From Mobula hypostoma (lineage: Eukaryota), in assembly GCF_963921235.1 (NCBI RefSeq), contig NC_086097.1, forward strand, positions 70,248,001 to 70,312,000: a stretch of 64,000 bases of DNA, written 5' to 3'. Positions 24,031 through 37,189 of the stretch are shown here, piece after piece. A program made the position numbers and the translations under genes. How positions within the stretch are numbered: position 1 is the stretch's first letter; each line of letters begins with the position of its first letter. The notes under the pieces are model-generated. The model was not told where the DNA came from, did not search any database, and was given only the letters and a program-made list of their open reading frames with translations.

Positions 24031-24972
24031 CTAGATCAGGCTGTGGTAAATAGGAATTTAATGAATCAAGGGAGTTTACAGTACAGCAACCATCTTTTGG
24101 TTTCATGCTAATATTTACTATAGTATTTTTCCCCCCAAATGTCAGTTTTATTTAAGTAAAGCTCCAATGATCCAGGGCCCTTTGCATTTTGGTGATGCTG
24201 GATTGGCAGACATTTGAAACTACTGGATACTCCTATCAGCTCATCGACATGCTTGAATTCACTTTTTAAGTAAGCTGTATATGATAGTATGAACTTATCT
24301 GTGGACTAGTGTGTTAAAGAGAGAATGAGGAAAAACCAGGTGAGTGTAAAGGGAGTGCTGAAGTGCATGAAACCCAGTTCGTTTAAAGGGCAGGTGAACA
24401 TGACTCCGATAAATCTATACAGAGTATGGGAATGGAACTCTGGTGAGTTAAGAGGAGTAAAGAAATACCGCCTAGGTGAGCCAGATGCAGAGCAATGGGA
24501 TAGTGGACTATTAGTTTTACTGTACTTGAATTTAAAATTTTCCAGCTCAGATTTTGAATTCATGTCTTGGCATCTTGATCCAGAAACTGAGTGTTGTTCC
24601 AATAACATAACTAAATAAATCTCATGAATAAGGATTCCTTTCTCCCATAAACAATGTAGTTTGGCGGAAGAATTTTTCAAATGGTTAAAACTATTTTTTC
24701 AAAGATGGAAAAGAATAAACAATAACGAATAATCAGACAACTAATTTATCTAATGTGTAATTCCTTTTGGTGATAAGTGGATTCTCTTCAGAATTTCTTT
24801 GTTGTGTTATAAATTGCAATTACTGTTTTCAACCAATACAGATAATCACCTTGTTTGATACCAACATCATTGCTATTTCAGTTCCCTTTATCAAGAAGAT
24901 AGTACATAAGTTTGGCTGCACAAATTTTGCTGATAATTGGGTAGTGTGGCAAAAAGTGTAAAATTTTCATAC

Positions 24973-25187
24973 CTTCTACATCTGTCAAATAATCTCTCCA
25001 GAAGCTGATGGCTTTAGATTCTGCAACTATTCTGTTACTTCCATTCGGTGAAAAGTTGATGGAGAAAAGGTTTCCAATTATTTCAGCAGATAATTTCTGT
25101 GGTTTGTAACACAAAAGTTCAGAGAATTTTTCTGGATAGGTCTGAATACTTTCCAACACACCAAGAACTTTCAATCCTTCACGAAAC
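24973..25187 (-). CDS. G2E3: G2E3 exon (HECT)
   Basis: 215 bp, ttccag|...|gtatga. (R)FREGLKVLGVLESIQTYPEKFSELLCYKPQKLSAE...ISFWRDYLTDVEG. Confidence 0.93.
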
Positions 25188-25905
25188 CTGGAAAGGACCA
25201 AATTAAAGATCAAAGTCAAATCGGTTTTGAGGGACAACACGACCTGGACAAAGAAGAACAGAAATAAGTTAGATGAACAGCATAGCAGAAATAGCTCAAC
25301 ATAATGATGCACATAATAAACGGCCAAGTTGTTAACAATGAGGATAAATGAGGCACTGGTGAATGATTTCTGTAGAATCTAACGTTTCACGCGGAATGCA
25401 TATCATTTAACCCAGCATTAAAATAAATGCATTTACACACTCTTTAAAATAATGCACAGTTTATTAATTTCATACACTGTAATTTAAGATCTTTTATATA
25501 ACACACTAAAGTCAATAAAAGGATATAGGCCTGTAAAAATATCTTGTTTTATATGAAAAATATTTCACTGGCCTGGTAAACTAATTCTTAAACCCAAAAT
25601 AAAGACCACATATTTTATAAGATCTGAAGTGCATAGCTTCATACACTGTACACTATTTTAAACATCTGACAACAGGTAGAAGTTGGAACTGATTCCAAAT
25701 AAAATCAAATTGCAGCACAAGGTTTCATTCACCAATCCAAACTCCTATCAGTCCAGAATCCCATTGCCTTTGCTGACCACTGTTGAATATTATGCCATTT
25801 AATATAGTTTTTAACTAAACGCCAATTTTCTTCAACTCATTTTTTGTTTGTAAAACTTCTACAACTTCTACTGGGTTTGTGCATTTACAACATGCGATAC
25901 TAATC

Positions 25906-26568
25906 TGGAGGATGGAAGAGGAGAAGATGGCGGTGCGCGTGGCCACTTCGGTGGTGATGTCTGTTATTTGTCAAGTAGGGGACCGTGTACAATTCTGATT
26001 TGATGGAGACAGACGTGAGAGTACGGAGGAACATCCAGAGAAACTTCTGAAATGCCCGCTTCGCTGCCACTGTTACTGTGTAGTCCGGAATCTCCGGAGA
26101 AGGCCCCGAGTCCTCGGCTTTGCTTGTTTCGGCGGCCGGGACGAGGTTGAAGGCACTCAGCAGAGGATGGCGCTCGGGAGGCTGTACCGGAGGGGCTGGT
26201 CGGGGGCTCAAAGTTTTCGGACGGACGGATTCAGTGTTGGCTGTTGTCGGGTGCTTCCAATGCATCGGCAGTTGTCAGTGCCTGGAGGTTTATGGCAGGG
26301 AGTTTCTCCCTTTGCCACCTGCTATCAGGGACTCGGGACTTTAAGACTTTTTTTTACCATGCCCATGGTCTGTTCTTTATCAAATTATGGTATTGCTTTG
26401 CACTGCTGTAACTACATGTTATAATTATGTGGTTCTGTCAGTGTTAGTCTTTGGTTTGTCCTGTTTCTTCTGTGATATCACTCTGGAGGAACATTGTATC
26501 ATTTCTTAATGCATGCATGCATTTCTGAATGACAATAAACGAGGACTGAGTGTTCTCATAATCTAATC
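25906..26568 (+). mobile_element. Young non-autonomous bipartite retroposon (LINE-like head plus Rex/Babar-like tail)
   Basis: Begins ...gaagATGGCGG; CpG-rich body with no protein-like ORF; tail gaatgacaataaac...(taatc)n; ctaatc on both flanks. Confidence 0.7.
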
Positions 26569-26924
26569 CAACTAAATCTGATTAGATGGGTTCCCTACGA
26601 ATTACCATTATCAATCTTGCCTCTCAATGTCACAGAAATCTTTATTCCTCATCCCTATCATCATGCTATTTATACACATCAAAAACTTGGCCTCACAAAA
26701 CATTCGCTATGTTAATCCCATAAGCCCTTTTTCTCCATTCCCCCCACCCAACCATGCTGAGACAAGAAGTCCTAAATAGTGGAAATCAAAACTTTTACGG
26801 ATCATAGAGTTCAACTGGAATTTTATATGTAAAGAATTGTTTCAAAACAAATTCTCTTAAACTAAATTATACAAATAGTCACAACAGTTCTTTCATGAAA
26901 CCATTTAATTTTTTTTTGTGTAGA

Positions 26925-27540
26925 AGACCATAAAATATAGGAATAGAATTAGGCCATTCAGCACACCAAGTCTGTTCCGCGGTTCAATCATGAATATTTT
27001 TTTTAAATCCCAATTTCTCTCCTTCTCCTGGTAATCCTTAATCCCCATCACCAATGAAGAATCTATTAATCCCTGCCTTACACCCAATGACTTGGCCTCC
27101 ACAGCCCTTTGTGGCAATGAATTCCACAGACTCACCATCCTTTGGCTGAAGAAATTTTAGCTTACCTCAGTTTTAAAGAGTATCCCTTTGTTGAGGCTGT
27201 GCCCTCAGACCCTAGACCCACCTACTCATGGAAATACCCTTTATATCCAGGCTTTCCAGTATCTACTCTGTTTCAGTGAGATGCCCCCGCCCCTTTGCAC
27301 TCCATTGAATATATATCCAGAAATATCAAATGCTTCTCCTATGTTAAGCTTTTCATTCTTAGGATCATTATTGTGAACCTCATCTGGACTTTCCCCAGGC
27401 CTAGTACATCCTTCCTTTAATACCAGGCTTAAAATTGCTCATAATATTCCAAATGTTGCTTGACCAAAGCATTACAAAACATCAGCTGTAATCATTGCTT
27501 TACATTCTAGTCTTCTCAAAATGAATGTTAACACTGTATT
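26925..27540 (-). mobile_element. CR1 LINE 3' fragment
   Basis: MVSLWNSLPQRAVEAKSLG C-terminal motif and CR1 tail. Confidence 0.85.
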
Positions 27541-28399
27541 TTGTTACAGAATTCCAACAAAAGACTGGAATAGTCCCCACCATAATTATGTGTAATTCTA
27601 AAATATTATTAAGGAAACATATGCCAAGCAGACCCACAGCTGATACCATGGAGACTGACAACAAACTATCAAGAACAAATTAAGTATCTATTTGACATTG
27701 AGGGAAATTGATGAAAGGATACACATGAAAGACACACATACAATGAAATTTAAAACATATACTTACACCTTACAAATTATGAAACTAATCTGGGATTCAA
27801 TGATTATTTTATATATAAAATACTAAGTAGATTTAAATTCTGGAGGTTTGAAGCAGTGTACAAAACTTACTTTTTCAAAAAAAAATGTCTGAAGTGCAAC
27901 TGACGTAAGTATTGATGTCATTTCCCTATGACTAAGGCAATTTAATTTATAAGCTTCTTCGTAATTGCTTTGATCAGAAGCACTGTGCAAAGATTGGCTT
28001 CCACTTCGGCATAAGTGATACATCTGCATAAAGTTGCTGAACAATAAACTGGAGAGACTAGATTTTATTCTAGTCTTTAAAGATTTAAGAACTAACAAAA
28101 AAGGTAGGCCTAGAGGATACAACAGGTTTCAGATTCAACACTGAACTTTCTCTAAATCACCTGGAACTCTGAAAAACTGGGTTATTACCACCTTATCAGG
28201 CCTTCTGTCAAATGCAATCTGCTCCACGCCCTGGTGCGAATTGAAAATTGTTGGAGCTTGCAATCAAATACAACTTCTCGCTAAACTCTCATTGAAAATT
28301 GCCCAATTCACATTCACAAAACTGCCTAGGCCTCCAATTTTTAGGATATTTTGAATGCTCATTTATACAACTGATAGAAGTACAGAACAAACTGCAAAC

Positions 28400-28572
28400 C
28401 TTTCTAAGGGTGAGTGAACTCGATTGATTACGTGAAAGATCAGCACATCTTTCAACAGCAGCTCCTTATCGTCCAGTGACCATACCGGTCTTAAGCATCC
28501 AGCTATTGAAAGGTAATCAGCGTTTTCATTGATAAATAGTTTCAACTCTTCCAAGGTTGATGATTCTTTTAT
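28400..28572 (-). CDS. G2E3: G2E3 exon (HECT)
   Basis: 173 bp, attcag|...|gtttgc. IKESSTLEELKLFINENADYLSIAGCLRPVWSLDDKELLLKDVLIFHVINRVHSPLER. Confidence 0.93.
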
Positions 28573-28834
28573 CTGAATGTTCAAACATAATAAAGAAATA
28601 CGTCAAGCATTTAAGCATCAGTTTTTAACCACTGCTTCCTCACCCATAATCATGAATTTTATAAACGTCGAACAGCAGCTTTTAGAAGCAACATGATCTG
28701 AAACACTAAGATTGTATTAACTAACTTTATTATACTGCAGTTTTTGGCACTTAGTTTATTTTCCACCTTCCAGTTTTGTTGGTTTATAATTTAAATGAAT
28801 CAGATGCATGTGTAGCTTCCACATTACATACTTC

Positions 28835-29072
28835 CTTACCACACAGCATGAACCCATTTGGCCCATCACACCTATGCCAATGGACATGGCAATTCCATTC
28901 TCCCACTAATTTTACTCCCACATTCCCATAAACTTCCCACAACCAAACACCGATACACACGAAGGTTAATTTACAGTGCCCAATTAATCTACAACTCAGA
29001 GAATCTGTAAACTCCACATCAGAGATCAGGATTGAAACAAGGTCACTGGGGAGCTTATGAGCTGCAGCTCTA
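28835..29072 (-). mobile_element. Degenerate V-SINE
   Basis: Minus-strand B-box-like TTTCAATCCTG and CR1-like tail (gatgggccaaatggg). Confidence 0.55.
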
Positions 29073-29439
29073 TAAGATGGATGGTTGTATTGACTTATAA
29101 TATACAATTTAATAACCAAAATGTGGGGCATTGATTGAATTATGATTCAGGGAAGTCAAGATTCTGAATTTACGAGGGGGAAGAACCTTTCTCACTGAGC
29201 CATCTGCACAGAATTGCAATACAAGATCTCCTTGGTATGGACAGAGTGATCTAAACTTGCCCACCTCAAAGGAACTGAGGAGCAGCAGAGCCTCCAACAG
29301 AAGGTGCAGCACTGAAAACTTGAGCTTAGACATCTTGCAAAGCCCTGCGTGAAGCTGAGAATGTTTCATGACTTTTTTTAATGTCTTCATCGTTAAGATG
29401 AATAAAAAATTTAATTTATTTGAACTATTTTAGAAGGAA

Positions 29440-32400
29440 TAAAGGACTTAAAATTGGAGAGCTCCGAGAGAGGAGGTGGCACACAGGTTCGGGAACGAAG
29501 TTTAAAAGGGGAAAGCTTCGCGGGAACTCGACTATAACCAGCGCACCAATCGTGAGCTGGACAGCTGGAAGGTTCAGACATGAAAGGGAGACACTGCCCA
29601 GCGGATGGGTCATCAACAGAGTGGTCTGAGGCAGAGTGGGTAGGGCTTTGGCGAGGTTAGTGGGTTAGTGGGTTTCATTTTTTTTTCCCTTGCATTTTTT
29701 TTTTTGGAGGAATAGAGGGCATGTCCGTAGGGTTAGTACTTTGCTCTGGGTGTCAGATGTGGGAATCCTGGGAACCTTCCAGACTCTCAGATGGCCAGGT
29801 GCACCGAAATGCAGCTTCTGAGAGACCGTGTTAGGGATGTGGAGCTGCGGCTCGATGACCTACAGCTTATTAGGGAAAGTGAGCAGGAGGTAGATAGGAG
29901 CTACAGGGAGTTTGTCACCCCAAGGCTGCAAGAGTTAGATGACTGTCAGGGAAGGGAAGGGAAGTGCTCAGATAGTAGTGAGCACCCCTCTGGCCATCCC
30001 CCTCAGTAATCGTTATCTTGTTTTGGATGCTGTCGAGGGGGATGACTTGACAGAGGACGACCATGGCGATCGGATCTTAGGCACTGAGCCTGGTTCCGTG
30101 GTGCAGAAGAGAGAGAAGAAGATAAGGAATACGGTAGTCGTAGGGGATTCAATAGTGAGAGGAATAGACAGGAGGTTCTGTCAGCCTCATCGAGATACCG
30201 GCAAGGTGCGTTGCCCCCCCAGGTGCCAGGGTATGGGATGTCTCAGATCGAGTGCAGAGTATTCTGTAATTTGAAGGGAGAGGGTGACCAGTCAGAAGTC
30301 TTGGTACACGTTGGCACCAATGACATAGGTAGAAAAAGGGAGGAGGACCTGAACAGAGAATTCAGGAAGTTAGGTAAGAAGCTGAAAAGCAGGACCTCCA
30401 GAGTAGTAATCTCAGGATTGCTGCCTATGCCACGGGCTAATGAGCGCAAGAATAGCATGAGCAGGCATAGTTATGCATGGCTAAGAGACTGGTGCAAGGG
30501 GCAGGGCTTCGGGTTCCTGGATCATTGGGGCCTTTTCTGGGGGAGGTACGACCTATACTAAAAGGACAGGTTACACCTGAACCTAAAAGGGTCCAAAATC
30601 CCAGCAGGCAGGTTTAATAGAGCTGTTAGCCAGGGTTTAAACTAATTTGGCAGGGTGATGGGAACCGGACTAATAGGGCTAAGGAAGGGGAAAACAGAAG
30701 ATAGCGTACAACAGAGATGATAGAAAGGGCAGGCAGGAGATGAGGCATAATCACAGCCAGTGGGATAAGTTACAGGGCTACCCAACTCCCTGGATAGAGG
30801 CGTGGTGCAGTTAAAACAAAAAGCAACAAATACTGCACTGCAACACACACAAAATGCTGGTGGAACATAGCAGGCCAGGCAGCATCTATAGGAAGAGGTA
30901 CAGTCGCCGTTCGTCAGGACTAACTGAAAGAAGAGATAGTAAGTAACCTCTTCCTATAGATGCTGCCTGGCCTGCTACATTCCACCAGTATTTTGTGTGT
31001 GTTGCTTGAATTTCTAGCATCTGAAGATTTCCTCGTGTTTGCGTTTTTAAATACTGGACTGAAAATGTTATATTTGAATGCACACAGCATAAGAAATAAA
31101 ATGAACAATAATGAAATTCAGCTACAGATTGGCAAGTATGACGTTGTGGCCATCTCTGAAACTTGGCTAAAGGATGGCTGCCATTGGGAGCTGAATGTCC
31201 AAGGATATATGGTGCATCAGAAAGATAGGTTAGTAGACAGAGAGGGTGATGTGGCCTTGTGTACAAGAAATAATATTAAATCATTGGAAAGGGAAGGTGT
31301 AGAGTCTCTATAGGCTGAATTAAGAAATGACAAGGGTAGAAGGACCCTAATGGCAGTTGTACACAGGCCTGCAAACCGCAGCCAGGATGTGGATTATAAA
31401 TTACAGCAGGAGATAGAAAAGGCATGTCAAAAGGGCAAAGTCATGATAATTGTTGGAGATTTTAACATGAAAATGGATTGGGAAAACCAGGCCAAGACTG
31501 GACCTCAAGAGGGAGAATTTATAGAATGTCTAAGGGATGGCTTTTTAGAACAGCTTTCTGTTGAACCCACGAGGGGATCGGCTGCACTGGATTGGGTGTT
31601 GTGCAATGATCTGGAGGTGATAAGAGAGCTTGAGGTTAAGGAACCCTAAGGGAACAGTGATCACAATGTGATCAAGTTCACTTTGAAATTTGAGGAGAAA
31701 CTAAATTCCAATGTGTCAGTATTTCAGTGGAATAAAGGAAATTACAATGACATGAGAGGGGAACTGGCCAAGATTGACTGGAAAGCGACACTAGCAGGAA
31801 GGACAGCAGAACAGCAATGGCAGAAGTTACTGCGAAAAATGAAGGAAGTGCAAGACAGATATATTCCAAATAAGAAGAAATTTTTGAATGGAAGAAGGAC
31901 ACTACCGTGGCTGACAAGTGAAGTCAGAGCCAAAGTAAAAGCAAAAGAGAGGACATAGAAGGAAGCTAAAGCCAGTGGGAAGATAGAAGATTGGGAAGCT
32001 TATAAAAACTTGCAGAAAGAAACTAAGAAGGTCATCAGGAAGGAAAAGATGAATTATCAAAGATACTAAAAGCTTTTTCAAGTATATAAAGGGTAAAAGA
32101 GAGTTGAGGGTAGATATAGGACTAATAGAAAATGACACTGAAGATATTGTAATGAGAGACGCAGAGATGGCAGAGGAACTGAATGCGTATTTTGCATCAG
32201 TCTTCACAGTGTAAGACATCTATAGTATACCTGACATTCAAGAGTGTCAGGGAAGCAAAGTATGTGCAGTGAAAATTACGACTGAGAAGGTGCTCAGGAA
32301 GCTTAATGGTCTGAGGGTGGAGATATCTCCTGCACCTGATGGAATGCACCCTTGGGTTCTAAAGGAAGTAGCTGGAGAGATTGCGGAGGCATTAACAATG

Positions 32401-33807
32401 ATCTTTCAATAATCGATAGATTCTGGCGTACCGGATGACTGGAAAATTGCAAATGTTACCCAGCTATTTAAGAGGGGTGGGAGGCAGCAGAAAAGAAATT
32501 ATTAACCTGTTAGCTTGACATCAGTGGTTGGGAAGTTGTTGGAATCGATTGTTAGGGATGAGATTACGGAGTACCTGGAGGCACATGACAAGATAGGCCA
32601 AAGACAGCATGGTTTCCTGGAAGGAAAATCCTGCCCGACTAACCTACTGCAATTTTTTGAGGAAATTACAAGCAGGGTAGACAAAGGAGATGCAGTAGAT
32701 GTGGTGTACTTGGATTTTCAGAAGGCCTTTGACAAGGTGCTGCACATGAGGCAGCTTAGCAAGATAAGGGCCTATGGAATTACAGGGAAGTTACTAGCAT
32801 GGGTGGAGCATTGGCTGATTGGCAAAAAAACAGAGAGTGGGAATAAAGGGATCCTATTCCGGTTGCCTGCCAGTTACTAGTGGAGTTCCACAGGGGTCGG
32901 TGTTAGGACTGCCGATTTTTATGATCTATATCAATGATTTGGACTATGGGATTAATGGATTTGTGGCAAAATTTGCCAAGGATACAAATGGGCAAAGAAG
33001 TGGCAAATGAAATACAATGCTGGAAAGTATATGGTATATGGTCATGCACTTTGGTGGAAGAAATAAATAAATTTTGATGGGAGAGAATTCAAAATGCAGT
33101 GATGCAAATGGATTTGGGAGTCCTTGTGCAGGATACCCTAAAGGTTAACCTCCACATTGAGTCGGTGGTGAAGAAGGCAAATGCAATGTTGGCATTCATT
33201 TCTAGAGGTATAGAATAAAAAAAGCAGGAATGTAATGTTGAGGCTCTATAAGGCTCTCTTGAAACCACACTTAGTATCGTGCGCAGTTTTGGGGTCCTTA
33301 TTTTAGAAAGGATATACTGACACTGGAGAGGGTTCAGACAAGATTCACGAGAATGATTCCAGGAATGAAAGGGTTACCGTATGAGGAACGTCTGGCAGCT
33401 CTTGGGCTGTATTCCCTGGAGTTCAGGAGAATGAGGGGGGATCTCATAGAAACATTCCAAATGTTAAAAGACCGGAATAGATTAACTATGGTAGGGGAGT
33501 CCAGGACAAGAGGACTTCAGGATTGAAGGACATGCATTCAGAACAGAGATGTGGAGAAATTACTTTAGTCAAAGGGTGGTAAATCCGTGGAATTTGTTGG
33601 CATGAGCAGCTGTGGAGGCCAAGTCATTGGGTGCATTTAAGGCAGAGATAGACAGGTTCTTGATTAGCCAGGGCATCAAAAGGTATGGGGAGAAGGCAGG
33701 GGAGTGGGAATGACTGGAAGAATTTGATCAGCCCATGATTGAATGGTGGAGCAGATTCGATGGGCCGAATGGCCTACTTCTGCTTCTACATCTTATCGTC
33801 TTATGGT
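29440..33807 (+). mobile_element. Near full-length CR1 LINE (ORF1 zinc finger/SGNH esterase; ORF2 APE + RT), inactivated
   Basis: VVVGDSIVRG and VHVGTNDIG esterase motifs; YLNAHSIRNK, ISETWL, VGDFN APE motifs; [23 protein letters not shown] motifs; tcttatcgtcttatgg tail; many stops and frameshifts. Confidence 0.95.
30841..31048. mobile_element. Fold-back PLE-derived mini-element with 13-bp TSD, inserted in CR1
   Basis: ~58-bp inverted arms; flanks aaatactgcactg (30828-30840) and aaatactggactg (31049-31061). Confidence 0.88.
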
Positions 33808-34300
33808 TTTAAATAGTCAAAATTAAAAACATGAACTAAAAGCAAGAATGATGAAAAATATAGCACTGTATTCCACAATAAACCACTAGGTTCTCAGGCC
33901 CTAAGTCAGGTCTAACCTGAAGCTCCTTTAATTGTCTCTACATGGAGAGGAACAATGGAGCACATTAAGATATTCGGTGGGTTGAGTATTTTTGTTCAGA
34001 AAAGCCATCATTTGCCATTAAGATTCAGCCCAATAATTTCTACCCCTCCCACATTCCATACTATATTGAAAATCAAAAGAATGGATAAAAAAGTTACTCT
34101 TGGGTTTACATGCACACAGTATTGCTCTTAGACTAGTCAGACGTTTTGCCCTCCCTCTTTGTGGCAAGTACTTATAACTCAGAACTGAACAGCAGCGAGT
34201 TGAGGACCTGTTGCTGATATGCATATTTTTCAAGACAGATCCAATTTAGAAATATTTCCAGTTTTAAAACAAATAACATTTGCATCACAACAATAATAAT

Positions 34301-36180
34301 AAACACAAGAGATTCTGCAGATGCTGGAAATCTAGGGCAACACACACAAAATGCTGGAGGAACTTAGCAGGTCAGGCAGCATCTATGGAAATGAATAACA
34401 GTTGATGTTTCGGGTCAAGGGGTTTCATCAGGACCGTAACGGAAAAGTGAAGAAGCCAGAATACAAAGGTGGGGGGAGGGGAAGGTCTACAAGCTGGAAG
34501 GTGATAGGTGAAGCCAGATGGGTGGGAGAGATTAAGCAAGAAGCTGGGAAGAAAACAGAAAAGGTAAAGGGCTGAAAGGAGAGGAAAGTGGACCACAGGA
34601 AAAAGGGAAGGAGGAGGGACACCAGGAGGAGGTGATAGGCAGGTGAGAAGAGAAAGTGTGAGAAGGGCTCCAGCATGGGGGGAATTAGAAAGAGGAAAAG
34701 GGAAGGGGGATACTTGAAGTTGGGGAAATCGATGTTCATGCCATCAGGTTGGAGGCTACCCAGATGGAATATGAGGTGTTGCTCCTCCAACCTGAGAGTG
34801 GCCTCATTGCAGCAGTAGAGGAGGCCATGCAACGACATGACAGAATGCGAAAAAGGATTGGAATTAAAATGGTTAGGCACCTGGAAATCCGGCTTTTTGA
34901 GGATGGAGCAAAGCTGCTCGACAAAACAAATCCCCAATCTATGTCAGGTCTCGCCAATGTAAAGGAGGCCGCATTGGAAGTGCTGGACGTCCCCAACAAA
35001 TTCACAAGTAATGTGCTGCCTCATCTGGAAGGACTGTTTGGGGCACCGAATGGAGGTGAGGGAAGAGGTGAATGGACAGGTTGCAGGGATAAGTGGCAGG
35101 AGAGAGTTAGTGGGGAGGGACAAAAGAATCACAGAGGGAGCAATCCTTGAGGAAAGTAAGGGGGGGGAGAGAATGGAGTAAAGATGTCACTGAAGGCAGA
35201 AATTGCAGAGAATGATGGGCTGGGTCTGGAGGCTCACGGGGTGGTCAGTGAGAACAAAAGTAACTCTATCCCTGTTATGATGGTGGGAAAATGGGGGGAG
35301 GTCAGATGTTCGGGAAGTGGAGGAAATGCCAGTGAGATCAATATCAATGGAGGAAGAAAGGAAACCCCATTGTTTGAAGGAGGAGGACATTCCTGATGTC
35401 CTGAAGTAAAGTCACATCCTAGGACCAGACACAGCAGAGACAAAGGAACTGAGAAAAGGGAAAGGCATTTTTTTTTAAATAACAGGAGACATGGTGGGAA
35501 GCATTATAGTCAAGATAGCTGTGGGAGTGGGTAGGTTTATAATATATCCGCAGACATTCTGTCTCCAGTGATTAAGTCAGAGAGATTGATAAAAGGGATA
35601 GGTGTCAGAAATGGACCAAGTGAACCAAGAGCAAGTTCGAAGTTGGAGGCAAGTTGGTGAAATTGACAAGCTTAGCATGGGTGCATGAAGGAGCACTAAT
35701 GAGGTCGTCAATGTAGAGGAGAAAGATTTGGGGAGCATTACCAGGGAAGTCTTGGAACATACACTGTTCCACATAGCCAACAAAAAGGCAGGCATAGCTG
35801 GGGTCCATGCACGTACCCATGGCTAGACCTTAGTTTGGAGAAAATGAAAGAAGCTGAAGGAGAAAGTGGGAGGCATTAAAAAAGAAATAGTTGAGTTCGA
35901 GGACCAGTTCTGCCAGACTGAGGAGGGTGATGCTGGAGGGAAACTGGTCATGTCTGTTTTCAAGAAAGAAGTGGAGAGCTTTAAGGCCTTCTTGAAGGGG
36001 GATAGAAATGTATGCGGTCTAGAGATCCATGGTGAAAATGAGGCAAACAGGGCCAGGGAAATGAAGGTTGTTGAGGAGATTAAGAGCATGTGTAGGTGGG
36101 AAGGAACTGAACCAAGAGGGATATAATTGAGTCATGGTTTGCAAACAAGTTCAGTGGAGCAGGAGCAGGTGCAGGTAGAA
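34301..36180 (-). mobile_element. Penelope-like retroelement (RT, GIY-YIG, terminal repeat), degenerate
   Basis: MGTCMDPSYACLFVGYVEQ, LLYIDD and CGLLYIGET motifs; terminal repeat 34301-34436 with a damaged hammerhead. Confidence 0.9.
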
Positions 36181-36480
36181 ACAATGAGCCTATTCGCAAT
36201 GAAGCTCTTTTCCTCAGAACATTGCCTCAATTGCATGATTCCTTTTCTCCACATTTTCTACAAAAAAGTTTTCTTTGGGAAGACCAATCAAATTTTATGA
36301 AACAATTTTATTTTATGGGCTTAAGCCCATCAGAAATTTTATTTAACTCATTTCATTTATACATAGTCAATATTTATAATTCAAGATTGATTCACATCTC
36401 AAGATTTCCTTTTGGGAAAAAAAACATGTGCTCAGAGACTGCCCTTGACCATAGGGTTTAAAAGTAGTTCATGATTTTAC

Positions 36481-36662
36481 CTTTATGATCTTTTGTGTTA
36501 TCTCAAATGATGCCACGTCTTCTATACTTGGCTCAGTTATCTCTGGTCCATAGGCCAGACAATTAAATAGTGTTCTGGATAAGAAGTTTGGTGACGGACC
36601 ACCATGAACTAAGGATAGTGCAATCATTCGTCCAGCCTCATAATACCAGTCCAACCTAAGAG
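36481..36662 (-). CDS. G2E3: G2E3 exon (HECT N-lobe)
   Basis: 182 bp, atgtag|...|gtaaaa. (A)LRLDWYYEAGRMIALSLVHGGPSPNFLSRTLFNCLAYGPEITEPSIEDVASFEITQKIIK. Confidence 0.95.
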
Positions 36663-37189
36663 CTACATAAAGAAATGAACATAAATATATAAACTTATAT
36701 CTTCTAATGCACTCAGATTAGGAGGATAAACAACCAAAAATCCCACTCAATATTTTCCATCACACCAGCTACTACACTTAAAACATCAATACTTGGACAT
36801 GAAAACTTTGGAACTTCCCAAGGTGGCAATAAATGATGTACAAATACAATATATTTAGTTAAATTGATTCAATTTCCTAATTATCAAGAATTCCAGACAT
36901 ATAGCAGCAACTTGGAAGAATAAGCCTCTTATTTTTAAATTTGAATGATTTGAAATCAAGGAAGCAAGTTACTCTTAAATGAGTATTTATTCTTCTGTGC
37001 ATTAAAAACAAGACAACTTCTACATCACTGATATGTGTTCCCACGGCAGACAATTTGCTTTACATTGTTTCAAAACAAGCTTTGTTGCTAATTGCCTGCA
37101 GTACCAGATGTTGAACTATGTGCTACTGTAATGAAGAAAACAAAGAAATAACACCGTTTGATACAAATCATTTTTCTACTTCAATAGAA

